From Octopus bimaculoides (taxonomy: Eukaryota): a stretch of DNA of 64,000 nt. The stretch is from the NCBI RefSeq assembly GCF_001194135.2, contig NC_068992.1, positions 144,165 through 208,164 of the forward strand, in the 5' to 3' direction. The position numbers and the translations under genes were made by a program. This document shows, in pieces, positions 1 through 12,899 of this stretch (within the stretch, counting starts at the first letter, position 1; each line of letters opens with the position of its first letter). The notes beneath the pieces are model-generated. The model saw nothing but the letters and a program-made list of their open reading frames with translations, had not been told where the DNA came from and made no database searches.

Positions 1-809
1 AATTTGGCACAGAAATACAGCAATCCCTCAACTATCGTCGGTGTTATATTCCAAAACCCCCGGTGACAGTTGAAAATCCACAAAGTAGAGACAGCACTGT
101 ACTGTATATTTTTCAAAACTCATTTTTATAATTTGCATATATTTATTTTATTATAAATGCAAAACAACACCACGGAGGAATCAACGTAAGCTTAAATAAT
201 AAACCATGATAGGTGAACCACGATATGGCGAAAGTTTACTGTATATGAATATGGGGCTGCAAGGTAAGAATACAGTCACCTGGTTATTTGGAGCTGTTCG
301 CAGAGCCTGTGCTGCTGCAAGCATTCAGGCAGCTCTCATCTTGTAAATAACCTCTACCTACCCATCTTAGAAGTCCCAGAAAAAGATCATCGACACTTCC
401 ATCTTCAGCTAAACTATTAAAAAAGGTCAAATAAATGGATAGATATCACACTGAAAATCTGTTTCTTTTTTAATGCTAACCCCTTAGTTAGTTAAATTGA
501 GACTGGAAGCAGTAGGTGTTTTTTTTTTCAGGGTTACCAAATAGTTGCCATCACTTGGTAAAAACATACTTTTGAGCATAGAGAATCTCAGAACTCATAA
601 TCATCTATTTGGTGCTCAATTGTTCATATTAATTTCGCTTTTAAAACAAAATTTTCATGGCTAAACTAAATGTTTACAGATACGTAAAAGCTTTCAAAGA
701 ATTTTAATAGGTTATCAAAATAAACAATGTTACCTAGATTGATGTTCTGCAGCTGATAATTAACATGAAGCACTACTGATGATGTACATAATTTGAAACT
801 GTCGCCATC

Positions 810-990
810 ATCATCATCATGATGTAACATCTGTTTTCCATGCCGGCATGGGTTGGGCAGTGTGACAGGAGCTAGCCAGCAAAAGAGCTGTACCAGGCTC
901 CAGTTGTCGATTTTGAAAAGGTTTCTATGGCTGGATGCCCTTTCTAATGCCAACCGCTTTAGAGAGTGTATTGGGTGCTTTTTACATGGC
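810..990 (-). mobile_element. SINE family C (RTE-related, GGAAGGGCATCCAGC motif, (GAT)n tail)
   Basis: Same motif and CCAACCCATGCCAGCATGGAAA..GATGATG tail at ~2255, 6280, 6905, 22070, 30810, 32110, 34150 and 39540. Confidence 0.8.
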
Positions 991-1280
991 ACCAGCATAG
1001 GTGTTTTTTATGCATGGCACCAGTGCAACGGCTTTTTATGTGGCACCAGCACAGATATTTTTCATGTGACGCCAGCATGGGTGCTCTTTACAGGACGACA
1101 GCATAGGTACTTTTGATATGACACCAGAAGGGATACTTTCTATATGGCACCAGAACGGATAGTTCTTACGTGGCCCCAGCATGGGTGCTTCTGATGTGTG
1201 CCATTTACATAGCACCAGCATGGGTGCTTTTTATGTGGCACCATTACAGGTGCTTTTCACGTGACACCAGCACCAGCATC
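965..1280. repeat. Degenerate ~26-bp minisatellite
   Basis: About 11 units of GTGCTTTTTAYRTGGCACCAGCATGG. Confidence 0.85.
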
Positions 1281-1520
1281 TTAAAAACTCAACCAGCTCA
1301 ACCAGTCATCATTATCTATTTTTCTGTTTTATATCAAACCAAACAGTTAATATTGTGGTGTTCTGTTTCCAGTTTGAAAGAAAGTTTTACACACATGACT
1401 GAATAATTTACTCGTATATAAAGACTTGTAGTGATCCTAATACAGAATGAAGACAATGAAAATATAATGTAATCACAGAAAAAAAGAAACATCATTTAGA
1501 AATAATTAAAAGGAACTTAC

Positions 1521-1600
1521 TTGCCACCTGAATATACTTCAGCAGTATCAAATATGTTGATTCCACTCTCATAGGCTAGCGTTAACATGTCTTCAGCAAC
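1521..1600 (-). CDS. KCNAB2: Kv channel beta subunit (AKR family) internal exon: [26 protein letters not shown](K)
   Basis: 80-nt exon, acceptor ttttaattcag, donor gtaagt, phase 0 to 2. Peptide matches the Kvbeta motif LAYxxGINxFDTAEVY with the catalytic Asp and Tyr. Symbol denotes the invertebrate orthologue of KCNAB1-3/Hyperkinetic. Confidence 0.96.
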
Positions 1601-1689
1601 CTGAATTAAAATTATTTAGCAGAGTATAATATATAAATATATAATATAATTTAATTCATATATATAAATATATATATATTATATATTAA

Positions 1690-1824
1690 GGAGATGTACT
1701 TGCATAGCAAGTGACCAGATCTGAGATCGTGTGCTGGAACGAAAACAATTGCAGTGTGGAAGGTGTTTATAAGCCATTTAAGAAACAAAAACCGTTAGAT
1801 TCACTTCAACATGTAAATTTAATT
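1690..1824 (+). mobile_element. Single arm of the same palindromic repeat
   Basis: Matches the reverse complement of ~43570-43706. Confidence 0.75.
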
Positions 1825-1839
1825 ACATTATATATATAT

Positions 1840-2214
1840 AGGAGTGGCTGTGTGGTAAGTAGCTTGCTTACCAACCACATGGTTTCCGGTTCAGTCCATC
1901 TGTGTGGCACCTAGGACAAGTGTCTTGTACTATAGACACAAACCAACCAAAGCCTTATGAGTGGATTTGGTAGACAGAAACTGAAAGAAGCCCGTCATGT
2001 ATATATATATATATATATTTGTGTGTGTGTCTGTGGTTGTCCCCCACTATCGCTTGACCACTTATGCTGGTGTGCTTATGTCCCTGTAACTTAGTGTTTC
2101 AGCAAAAGAGATTGATAGAACAAGTACTAGGCTTACAAAGAATAAGCCCTGGGGTCGATTTGCTCGATTAAACGCGGTACTCCAGCATAGCCACAGTCAA
2201 ATGACTGAAACAAG
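1840..2214 (+). mobile_element. tRNA/CORE-type SINE family B, full length
   Basis: Head GGAGTGGCTGTGTGGTAAG..GGTTCAGTCC, CORE-like GGCACCTAGGACAAGTGTC, internal (TA)/(TG) tract, tail CAGTCAAATGACTGAAACAAG. Many copies in the window. Confidence 0.88.
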
Positions 2215-2253
2215 AATCTCTCTCTCTCTCTCTATGTATATATATATATATAT

Positions 2254-2420
2254 CATCATCGTCATTTAACGTCTGCTTTCCATGCTAACATGGGTTGGAC
2301 GATTTGTCTGAGGACTGGTGAACCAGATGGTTACACCAGGCTCCAATCTGATTTGGCAGAGTTTCTACAGCTGGATGCCCTTCCTAACGCCAACCACTCC
2401 GAGAGTGTAGTGGGTACTTT
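2254..2420 (-). mobile_element. SINE family C
   Basis: Match to family C. Confidence 0.82.
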
Positions 2421-3221
2421 TGAGGACTCAGTTTGCATGAGTGATAGTGTATCATTCACTATGTGCTTTCTTAAGTGGATGGTAAGGCCTGCTTTGCTCC
2501 ATGCTGCAAAAGCACAATGACGAGTACGGTTTCCGTTTAGACCCCACCCCCTCACTCACAACAAGGTAATGAAGCCTTCATCATAATATGGTGTCTTTGG
2601 CATACATACCAATAAACTACATCTCAGCATATATATTTTAGATCAAAGGAAAGGTTAGCGTTCCATCAGTTCTTTTCTTATTCGTTTTATTTATACTTTG
2701 AACAACTGGCATGGAATGGTCGGAATGAATGGTTAGACTTTTGCTGCTGTCATTACTTTCAGCCTTGTTTCTTCTGTTTCGATATCTTCCTTCTTGTCTG
2801 TGTATTATTTATTTCTATCTTTGATCTCGCTCCACAAAAAAAAAAACACATTAATGAAGCACACTACAATTATACAGTGTCAAAGAATTGTCTACAACAG
2901 AGAACTACATCACACTCTGTTGTTGTACTGGCTTTAATCTAAGATAAGTGTTGTTAATGAAAATGCTTACATCCTATTTGTATCATGTTACCTAACACTC
3001 TACATAAAGATAACACTAAGTAATTTGGCTGCTCGTAGCGACAATGATGGTGGTGGTGGTGGTGGTACTGCTGGCTCTGTTGTTACCATAATTAATGGTG
3101 CTAAGTATATAACTAGTGTTATTTTTGTTGCTAATCTATTTCGTCTAGTTTTTTTTTTACTAACATTGTTCCACTCAGTTGAACTAGAGCACAAAGTTAA
3201 ACAGAAGCATTCACTGAGTAC

Positions 3222-3300
<79 letters not shown>

Positions 3301-3489
3301 CATGTACACATATCATCCAACACATGATGTACATCTCAAACTTCACTTTTGTTTAGCATGATGCAATACCTGCTAATGGCATGCTATATATGGTTATGCA
3401 GAATGCAGCCTGCTAAGCAGTGTACACTGCACTCAGTCTGCTCTTCAGATAGTTTCTGTGTAATTGCTTAGTGATGATGACTTCATAGG

Positions 3490-4444
3490 TGATCAAAAAA
3501 TGGATAAGAGATGAATCAGGGCTTGCAGGGGTGATGTGGTGACAGAAATTGTCTGACAGCCATGACTGGGTTCTCCTGCTTGTGTGGAATGGTACAGAGT
3601 GCTGTTGGCAGACATAGGATCTTCCAGCAGCCAACCTCTTCACCCAGGGCAGCGCTACTTCCTCCAGGCACTTAATGTAGGCCTCCATGTTGTGTTTGAG
3701 GCTGTGTGGGAATATGAATGGAGGCATAATGTTGCCATCACTAGTGATCACTGCAAACACCATGATGTTGACTGGATGTTTGATTTTTATCACTCTTGGA
3801 ACATGTTTTAGCAAACCATCTGATCCTGGCAGAAATGTTTCTCGTTTGAGAAAGACCAAAGTAAACTCAGTTGGAGGAGATGCTTGAGTTTGTGCTTCAA
3901 AGTGCAATCTTTCCTCTCGTCCTTGATGGCTTGGGATAAAAATTGGCCCTTCCTCATCTTGTATGAAGAATACCAAATGTCTTCATGAACTACCTGCTTG
4001 ATAAGAAACTCAGACACTCCCATATCCCTGGTGATGGACCTGATTGACTTGGACGGATCGTTGTCAATCATGGCCTGAATCTCACCATCAAATTCAGTTC
4101 TTTCTTTCTCAGCAGAACGATCAGAGTGAGTTTTCCAAGCTGCCATACCTTTGTTATCACCATTAAACTCAACCAACTCTTTCCAAATCCTCTGCACTGT
4201 CCTCTGATTGACACCCAAACACACTGAAATGTTCGTATTAGAGCTTCCAGTGTGAATGCCAAGCAGTAATGCATGTCGTTTCCAAATTTCTGGCAGAGTG
4301 AATTGCATCATGGTGCTGTTTTTCTCACAGACGGTGCCCAACTGACCCTACTATACTGTGTAGTTGACAAAATAAAAAGCAAACAATGTGCAAGCACAAA
4401 GTTAAAAATATAAAATGGCAACAATTTATCCATTGCCCCCTGTA
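3490..4444 (-). mobile_element. Degenerate maT/DD37D-like Tc1-mariner transposon
   Basis: Frameshifted ORFs with HTH region, WSFSNEKHFCQDQ, VMVFAVITSDGNIMPPFIF and QQHSVPFHTSRRTQSWL. Terminus TA-CAGGGGGCAATGGATAAATTGTTGCC at 4444; the other end is not seen. Confidence 0.85.
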
Positions 4445-5614
4445 TGTATATATATANNNNNNNNNNNNNNNNNNNNNNNNNNNNNNNNNNNNNNNNNNNN
4501 NNNNNNNNNNNNNNNNNNNNNNNNNNNNNNNNNNNNNNNNNNNNNNNNNNNNNNNNNNNNNNNNNNNNNNNNNNNNNNNNNNNNNNNNNNNNNNNNNNNN
4601 NNNNNNNNNNNNNNNNNNNNNNNNNNNNNNNNNNNNNNNNNNNNNNNNNNNNNNNNNNNNNNNNNNNNNNNNNNNNNNNNNNNNNNNNNNNNNNNNNNNN
4701 NNNNNNNNNNNNNNNNNNNNNNNNNNNNNNNNNNNNNNNNNNNNNNNNNNNNNNNNNNNNNNNNNNNNNNNNNNNNNNNNNNNNNNNNNNNNNNNNNNNN
4801 NNNNNNNNNNNNNNNNNNNNNNNNNNNNNNNNNNNNNNNNNNNNNNNNNNNNNNNNNGGTGACCCAAAAAGTTTGAGAATCTTTGACATAGAAGCTACCT
4901 GAGGCTCCTTATGTGTGTGTGTGTGTGAGCATGTGTACAAGTGAAACATTAGAGATTTCACTGGATTTGATGAATTTTTTTGGACTCTGACACACAGAAA
5001 ATCTCAGATAAAAGACAATCCAGACATGACCATCCCATTCATATTTCAGATATAATAATGTTTCTCGGACTACATTCTCTGAGCTGTCATTTCTTGAAGA
5101 CAGTATAGTATGATTCAAGCGAGATTTAGTCCCTATTTTTAGAAGGTCCAGTGACAACGTAGAGGCTCCCTGAGACTCCCTCCCACATTACCTCCTGTAC
5201 TGAGGTAGATTTAGCTGCTATGTTGAGCAGATTGATCAAGTTGAGTGCTTGTCTGTTGACAGACTAGCTGTTTCTTCCTTTCCTGACAGCCAAATCTGAT
5301 TTGCTGCTGAATAAATTTGCTAGTTGTCATCACTATTTAGCAACTGTTAGCAACATTTGTTTTTTTTTTTAAAGATTAACAACCATCTTCTCTTTGTTCT
5401 CTTTCCTAATTAAGAGATTATTATTAATGAAGTCTGTCAATGTTAATAATTTAAATCTCATTGAATGTCAAGTTGTTCAATATATGAGAGTGTGTGTGTG
5501 GTGTGTGTGTGTATCACTAGTAAAAGTACACCTGTGTGAGCTGTGCATTTGATGTGTGTTTGTGTGTTTGCACATAAAACTGTTATTTGGCATTTGTCAG
5601 TATATGTGACTCTC

Positions 5615-5646
<32 letters not shown>

Positions 5647-5907
5647 CACATGTATTTTTCAATATTATTCTGTTTGTGATTGTGGTAGCATATGTGTGTG
5701 TCAGTTTCTATGCATCAGTGTTCTGTTTTTACCTGAGGTTATACCTATGCATTTGGATCAATATATAGACATTGCTGTGTGTGTGTTCATGCTGTTCCTC
5801 ATTGATATGCATATTTCATGTGTGTATATGATTTTGAACAACTATGTATAAATATATATCAACAAGAGTGGGTGTACATAAGTGTATGTTTTAGAGTGCA
5901 AATATTC

Positions 5908-6128
5908 TTTTCTACTCTAGGCACAAGGCCCGAAATTTTTGGGGAGTGGTGGTGGGGGGGAGTCGATTAGATCGACCACAGTATGCAACTGGTACGTAAT
6001 TTATTGTTACTGAAAGGATGAAAGGCAAAGTCAACTTTGGTAGAATTTGAACTCAGAACATAAAGACAGATGAAATAATGTTAAGCATTTAGCCTGGAAT
6101 GCTAACGTTTCTGCCAGCTCGCTGCCTT
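5908..6128 (-). mobile_element. tRNA-derived SINE family A
   Basis: Head GGCAGCGAGCTGGCAGAAACGTTAGCA, B box GAGTTCAAATTC, body CTTTCATCCTTTC..GTACCAG, tail CCTTGTGCCTAGAGTAGAAAAG. Roughly 25 whole or partial copies in the window. Confidence 0.88.
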
Positions 6129-6904
6129 TTTTTGAGTGCAAATATTAATTGCTGAAAGTGTGTACCAGCAGTTTTAATCATGTGTGTGTGTGTATATGTG
6201 CATGTAACACTATTGATGTACATATTTTAGTGCATATAGTTTTTATGTGTGTGTGTGTGTGAATGTGTCTATATCCTCATCATCATATTAACGTCTGCTT
6301 TCCATGCTGGCATGGGTTGGACGGTTTGGCTGCACCAGGCAGTATAATATATGTCAGTGTGCCACATTCTGCTTGTGCTATTAGTTGCTGTTTTTCAGTC
6401 ACTAGTCAGCTCCAATTAAGTTGATTTATGATCAAACACATGGCATGACTACGTTATGCCCCACGATGGTCACAGCTTAATGACTGAAACATGTAAAAAA
6501 TAAAAGATACTGAAGATAGGATTATGATTTGAAAGAATTTGTTTGTTATTTCTAGCACTTTGAGCAACTGCCTATAGGCTTCCCCATTGGCATGTTTGAG
6601 TAGTGTATGTGTCACTCTGTTTATTAATATGAGTGTGTGTGTGTATGCATATGTGTATATGTGTGTGTGTGTTTGTGCGTATGTATGTTTGTGTGTGTGT
6701 ATGTGTGAGTATAATGTGTGTATGTGAATGTAATGTGTAATGTGTAATGTGTGTGTGAAAACCGTAACCATATGTGAGTGTTCGATCATTTATTTTAAGA
6801 TTTTCCATATTTCTTTATTAATCCTTCATGTTTAGTTTGAAACCGTGGCATTCCTAAGTCCATTTTCCTGTCAATGTTTCCAGACTTTTATAGTTTTATC
6901 ACCA

Positions 6905-7115
6905 TCACGTCATCACCATTTAACATCAGTTTTCTTATGTTAGCATCAACTGGATGGCTCAACAGGACCTGGCAAACTAGAGGAATGTGCCAGGCTCTAA
7001 TGTCTACTTTGATATGGTTTCTATGACCGAATGCCCTTCCAAATGCCACCCACTTTACAGCGTATCCTGGGTGCTTTTTATATGGCACTGGCATATAAAA
7101 CGGGGTGACCAAGTA
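6905..7115 (-). mobile_element. SINE family C
   Basis: Match to family C. Confidence 0.72.
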
Positions 7116-8449
7116 TCTTGCAAGACAAGACCACTCATCCCAACTGAGGTGTGAGTAATTTTGAGGAAAGGTGGCTTTGTGTTGGATAATGAGAGAATAA
7201 AGTAAAATAGAGAGGCAGAAACTGGTGTCTTATTATAAGGGAGATACAGGGTTTCTCCAGTTAAATTCTAGAATTTAAGTTTCAGTTCTAATGGGATGTA
7301 CTTTGACCTTCTGTCTGTACAGGACCAAAAAAGTGAGGATTAGTCTAAATCTAATCTGCTACATGTTCTCCCTTATAAATTTCTACCCATATCCCCCCAC
7401 CCCCCCAAAAAAAAATAATTAGTAGCACCAACACACTCCACCACCAATACACTCCATCAACACTACTACTACCACCTCTATTATCATGACAATGACTGTG
7501 CTGATCACGACCATCACCACCAATAACGACAACACCACTACCACCATCACCACCACTGCTGTCATCAAAGCCATCACCGTTTACCATGTTGGTAAGGGTT
7601 AAATAGATCAGTTCCAGCATAGTGGCCTCCAGCCTGTTATAGTCCTCCAAGTAAGCTTCAGCATTCTGTGACCATTTCTCACTGCCCACATCTCTTTCAC
7701 AGACGCCTCTTATTTGCATCGTTCCACACTCCGACCTCCCTCCCCACCACCATCTATTTATCATTCTTCATATGCATTGCATATCCATACCACTACAACA
7801 CTCTCTCTTCCACACTACATTCAATATCTCTGCTGTCCAGTTTTAACTTTCAGATGACTTGTGTTCCCTCTTATGCAGACGCTATGCATCCAGCAAGAGC
7901 GTGAAGGCCTCGTTTCTTCCCATTCCTTGCTTTGTCTCCTTACTGCATAGTTCTGCATTTCTTATACAAGTATCAAAGTGCCTGATCTTTGCCAGAAGAG
8001 AAAAGACCTTTGCTGACAACTCAGAGGTAATAACTCCCTGCTACATGTCTAATTATACCTTTCCGTTTTGAAGAAAGGACAAATTGCATAATGGAACCCT
8101 AAATACAACTGTATCTGAGTAAGAGATGGAATGCCTTTCATTATTGGTTTGTTCCTGAGGCTAAACAAAAGCAAAAAAAAACATCCCCACAAACACAACC
8201 AGCACCAGCACATGCACCATCACCATCCCTACTACTACTGGAACTACTAACAACACACCTCTGTTGCTACCATCATTACTGACTTCACCTCTATCACTAT
8301 CAATGCTGCAACCAAAACCATCGACATACTATGCACCACCACCACCACCACCACCACCACAATAGGCTATTTTTTCTAATCACCTTCGAATCAGTGACAG
8401 GAATAGAAAATTAAGAATAGCACAAGAGTAAAGGTAGAGCTTCTAATGA

Positions 8450-8939
8450 ATGTGTATGTGAGTGTGTGTGTGTGTGAATGTATGTGTGTGTGAGAGAGTA
8501 TGTGTGTATGTGAGAGAGAGAGTGTGTGTGTGAGAGTGAGTGCATGTGTGTGTATGAGCGTATGTGCATGTGTGTGAGAAAGTGTGCATGTATGCGTGTG
8601 TGAGTGCATGCGTGTGAGAGTGTGAATATGTGTGTGACAGTGCATGTGTGTATGTAGAGAGTGTGCATTGTGTGTGCATGTGTGTGAGAGTGTACATGTG
8701 TGTGAGAGTGTACATGTGTGTGAGTGTACATGTATGTGTAACTGCGTGTGCNNNNNNNNNNNNNNNNNNNNNNNNNNNNNNNNNNNNNNNNNNNNNNNNN
8801 NNNNNNNNNNNNNNNNNNNNNNNNNNNNNNNNNNNNNNNNNNNNNNNNNTGTGTGAGAGTGTACATGTGTGTGAGTGTACATGTATGTGTAACTGCGTGT
8901 GCATGTGTGTGAGAGTGCATGCATGTATGTGAGATTGTG

Positions 8940-8970
<31 letters not shown>

Positions 8971-8990
8971 ATTTGTGTGTGTGTGTGTTT
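8450..8990. repeat. (TG)-rich compound microsatellite with gap
   Basis: Direct inspection; 8690-8751 is duplicated after the N run. Confidence 0.9.
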
Positions 8991-9066
8991 GTGTCTAAAA
9001 ATAAGATGAAGAAGATGAGGAAAAGGGAAAATGAAAATGGAGAAGGTGAAAAGCAAGAAAACTTAC

Positions 9067-9104
9067 TTCGTCTGTAACTTGTGCACCAAATGTTACCCAG
9101 GTCC
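9067..9104 (-). CDS. KCNAB2: Kv channel beta subunit exon: (G)TWVTFGAQVTDE
   Basis: 38-nt exon, acceptor ctatttttctctcag, donor gtaagt, phase 1 to 0. Matches Kvbeta GTWVTFGGQITDE and is in frame with both neighbouring exons. Confidence 0.96.
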
Positions 9105-10238
9105 CTGAGAGAAAAATAGAAAATAAAATCAATGAAGTAATATCAATAAACTGGAAGATAAATTTATTGATAGAAATAGAATTGGTCAACAGAATAAAAT
9201 ATTAAACTGTGGCCCATCTGAGAAATGAGCCCCATGAGGTAAGGTAGCTGATGCAGTGAGTGTCGCTGGTCACTCTCTCTAGCAACACTTTTACAATCAT
9301 GTCTGCAAGGAGCAGCTGAACATACCATTATTCCCTCCACCCACCTCTTCTGCTACTTAATTCCACCCCATTTTTAAAATTATTTTGTTTCCTTGGTGAA
9401 GTAGTTATGGGGTTTTTATTCTTGTTAATTAAATTTTTTATTCTTTCAATGATTTTTTTCTTTCTTTTCTTCCTGTAAAAATATGTTGATAATAAATTCG
9501 AAATAAATCAAAAAAAAAAAAAAAAAGAGAGAATTTCTGACTTTAAAAAAAAAAATCAATCAAGTGGGATCACTGATTAATATAGATTGATTAATACATA
9601 TCGGTTTAATCTCCCTATTGTACTTCAGTATATTTCATTGCTATGAACCATTATAAACTTTGATCATTTCACAACTGACAACTTATTTTATAGACCCAGG
9701 TCGATGTGATTGGCAAAGTTGGCTCTGATAAAGTTAGAAACACTGTATTAATTGATTCATTTAATGTTTTCTTTTCGTCTGTTTCTTCCTGTAAAAATAT
9801 ATTGTTAATAAAATGGGGTTTTTATGTGACCAAAATCTGTCAATGTAAAAGGAAGAGTTGTGCACCTTGCACAGGACATAAGACATAGTAAGAAGAATAT
9901 AGAATTCTTCATCTTTTTGAACTTTACAGCCATTGTTCACAATATTTTATTATAATGGAGAAGCTGGTCTTTGTCTGTAACAAAATTTGAGTAGAGAGAA
10001 GGAAGAAAGGGAGGAAAAAGGCTTCTTCTAGTTTATGTTTACCAAATCCACTCATAAGGCTTTGATTGGCTTGGGGTTATAACGGAAGACAATTGCTGAA
10101 GGTGTCAGGCAGTGGGATTAGGCCTCAGGTGCCATGGTTGGGAAGCAGACTTCTCAATCACACAGCCATACTTGCACCTATCAAGTGTGTGTGTGCATGT
10201 GTGCACACACACACACACACACTTATATATATATATAT

Positions 10239-10529
10239 ATAAATTGTAAATCCCAAAAATAACAACAAAACTACAAAGGATTCCGCGGTACACGTGTTTC
10301 AAGCTTTATATGTGTATAATATAATATGTGTATAATTTACAATGTAAAGCTATCCTCAGCCGCAAAATTATTTCTCTCCCAGGAAATTATACCACCTCGG
10401 CGTTGCGGCTGAGGATAGCTTTACATTGTAAATTATACACATATTATATTATACACATGTAAAGCTTGAAACACGTATACCGCGGAATCCTTTGTAGTTT
10501 TGTTGTTATTTTTTGGATTTACAATTTAT
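10239..10529. repeat. Near-perfect inverted repeat (127-bp arms, 37-nt loop)
   Basis: Arms 10239-10365 and 10403-10529 differ at three positions by eye. Confidence 0.92.
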
Positions 10530-10684
10530 TCTTTCACNNNNNNNNNNNNNNNNNNNNNNNNNNNNNNNNNNNNNNNNNNNNNNNNNNNNNNNNNNNNNNN
10601 NNNNNNNNNNNNNNNNNNNNNNNNTATATATACACATCATCATCATTTAATGTCCCTCTTTCCCGTGTGGGCTGTGTATATGTG

Positions 10685-10730
<46 letters not shown>

Positions 10731-11339
10731 CACACAAACACAGAGGCTATTTTCATAACTAACTGACGAATTCAGAAATAGCTAATCAACACAACATTCC
10801 CCCAAACCTTTCCATCAAACCACTCTTGGCTCTTAAAACACCAAAAAAAAAATCCCCAAAAAGCCCAAAAAGAAAAGGAAAAACAAAAAAGCCCCATGAA
10901 TATTCCTTTTTGTCCAAATAATTTCTTTCAGCTAAGCAACAGCGTTGGCACTATTTGTTGTCACTTGGTTCTGCATTTAGCAATTTCTTGCTCAACAGTT
11001 GAAAACTGATATTTCCACTGGTTACTGTATGAAGAATTTTACAGTAAAAGATGATGCAAAGACAAAACCCTGGCAAAGTAATAAAAGAATGTTCTAGAAA
11101 TAGCCAATAATATTTCAGATAGTGGGAAGAATGTGTTTAAGTTATAAAGCTTTTGATTTCTAACAATAGAATAAAGTTACTGCTTCCTCTTCGTATTATA
11201 AGAATTGGATGAGATATGACGGCTCAGCCATCTCTCCCCAGTTCTTATATTAATCATTAAAATTCAGAAATACAACAACACGAGGGGTAACGGTAACAGC
11301 AGATCAATAGTTTATTCTAGGTTAGTGTAGAGCCGTTTC

Positions 11340-11600
11340 GTTCTTGGGTGAACAGGCATGCCGCTAGAATACCAAAGAAGCTTCGACCATATGTCGGTAT
11401 CGAGCTGAGAGAATACGTGTTGTCACCACCGCTGCTAGAGAGAAAAGAGAGCGAACGCTATTGCTTTTTCTTCACCAGTTGCATTGCGCATGCGTGCTCG
11501 GGTACTTCCGCTGACGGCAAATCCCTTGCACATGCGCAATGGCACTTCCCAAGATGGGGGCCATACGCGCCACTACAGTATGTTACCTTGGTAAACGTAA
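11340..11600. promoter_or_regulatory. Intronic CpG-rich promoter-like island
   Basis: Local CpG excess in CpG-poor surroundings. NRF1-type TGCGCATGCG (~11486) and CACATGCGCA (~11529), ETS-type ACTTCCG (~11504), YY1/Kozak-like CCAAGATGG (11549-11557). Confidence 0.5.
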
Positions 11601-11905
11601 AACCCAGATTCTCAGACATATGACCTCAATGATTTTTCCTGGGAGTTTTAATCTAACATTCTGTTAGTAATTAATGGCATCAAGAGAATTACTTCAAACT
11701 TTTGCTGGGATTTCGAAATGTTTGGTATACATTTTTTTTCATTTTTCTTTTTTTTTACCAGGAGGCATGAAAATAATTGTTGATATTTCACTTGAGAATA
11801 TTGTTGTTGCTTTAACTGCTTATTTTGTATTCATGGAATTCTCTCTTTATGAATTTGTATGTGTGTGTGTATACATGTATGAATATATATATATGCATGT
11901 ATATG

Positions 11906-11938
<33 letters not shown>

Positions 11939-11953
11939 CTATGTTATATGTGC

Positions 11954-12005
<52 letters not shown>

Positions 12006-12188
12006 GCATGTATATAGCTGAAATTTACAAAAAAACAAAAGATGACGACAGGTGTATAAACAACAAGCTGGTGTATTAGTTTGATGCTCAGGAAGGTGAG
12101 AAAGTCTTTTACGTTTCGAGCCTACACACTTCAACAAAAAAGAATACAAGGAAATAAACAGAGAGAGTATATATATATATATACACAT

Positions 12189-12234
<46 letters not shown>

Positions 12235-12899
12235 TTATATATATATAAACTTATGTTTTAATACAAATTCGGTGTGTGGTATGTATGTATGTGTATATAA
12301 TCCCTGCCTATGCGTTGCAGGCAAGTAACACTTTCTTTTCAATCACTCATCCATTATAATTGAGAGAGCAAAATTGAAATCAAAATAAGTTCTACATTTT
12401 GTGACTTGATCAATATTGTTTTAACTCTGTTAATGTTGCAAAATTCTTCTGCTTGTCCTCTTCTAAATAATAGCTCAAAGACAGTCCAGAGCAACATTAT
12501 AGAAAAATGAAGTTCTCTCCACCACTTCTCTACATCTCTCATCATACGTGCACTGCACTATATTCAGAACAATTCTATTAAATGCCATAAAATTACATGG
12601 CCATCAAATTTAGTTTAACACTCGGCTTAAGTGTATCAAATTAGCTGAAGAGAGTTGCAACAAATTCCTGGGAGGAAACTGTTTGGAGAAAAATACAAGA
12701 GATAAAAATTTATAAAAATCTAATAATAGAATGATGTAACAAGGGGGGGGGGGAGTTGTTGACGTTGTTGTTGTTGATTAGGTTTTTGGTTTTTTGTTGT
12801 TGTTGTTGATGATGATTATTAAAGCCTTGATACTAATCATTGCTATAATGGATGTCTTTAAGCTTTTGTTGGCTTAAATTTATATCCAATTAATTATGT

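Noticed and set aside
356-410. Minus-strand exon-like segment EDGSVDDLFLGLLRW
   Set aside because: Wrong phase and no similarity to the expected next Kvbeta exon (AEVVLG..KKKGWR), which must lie beyond the window start.
207-556. Plus-strand donor at 264 and micro-exon 532-557 (GEPRYGESLLYMNMGLQ/GLPNSCHHL)
   Set aside because: Phases are compatible, but the first acceptor is poor and there is no recognisable homology or continuation.
965-1280. CRISPR-like array
   Set aside because: Eukaryotic context, contiguous degenerate units without unique spacers, and derived from a SINE segment.
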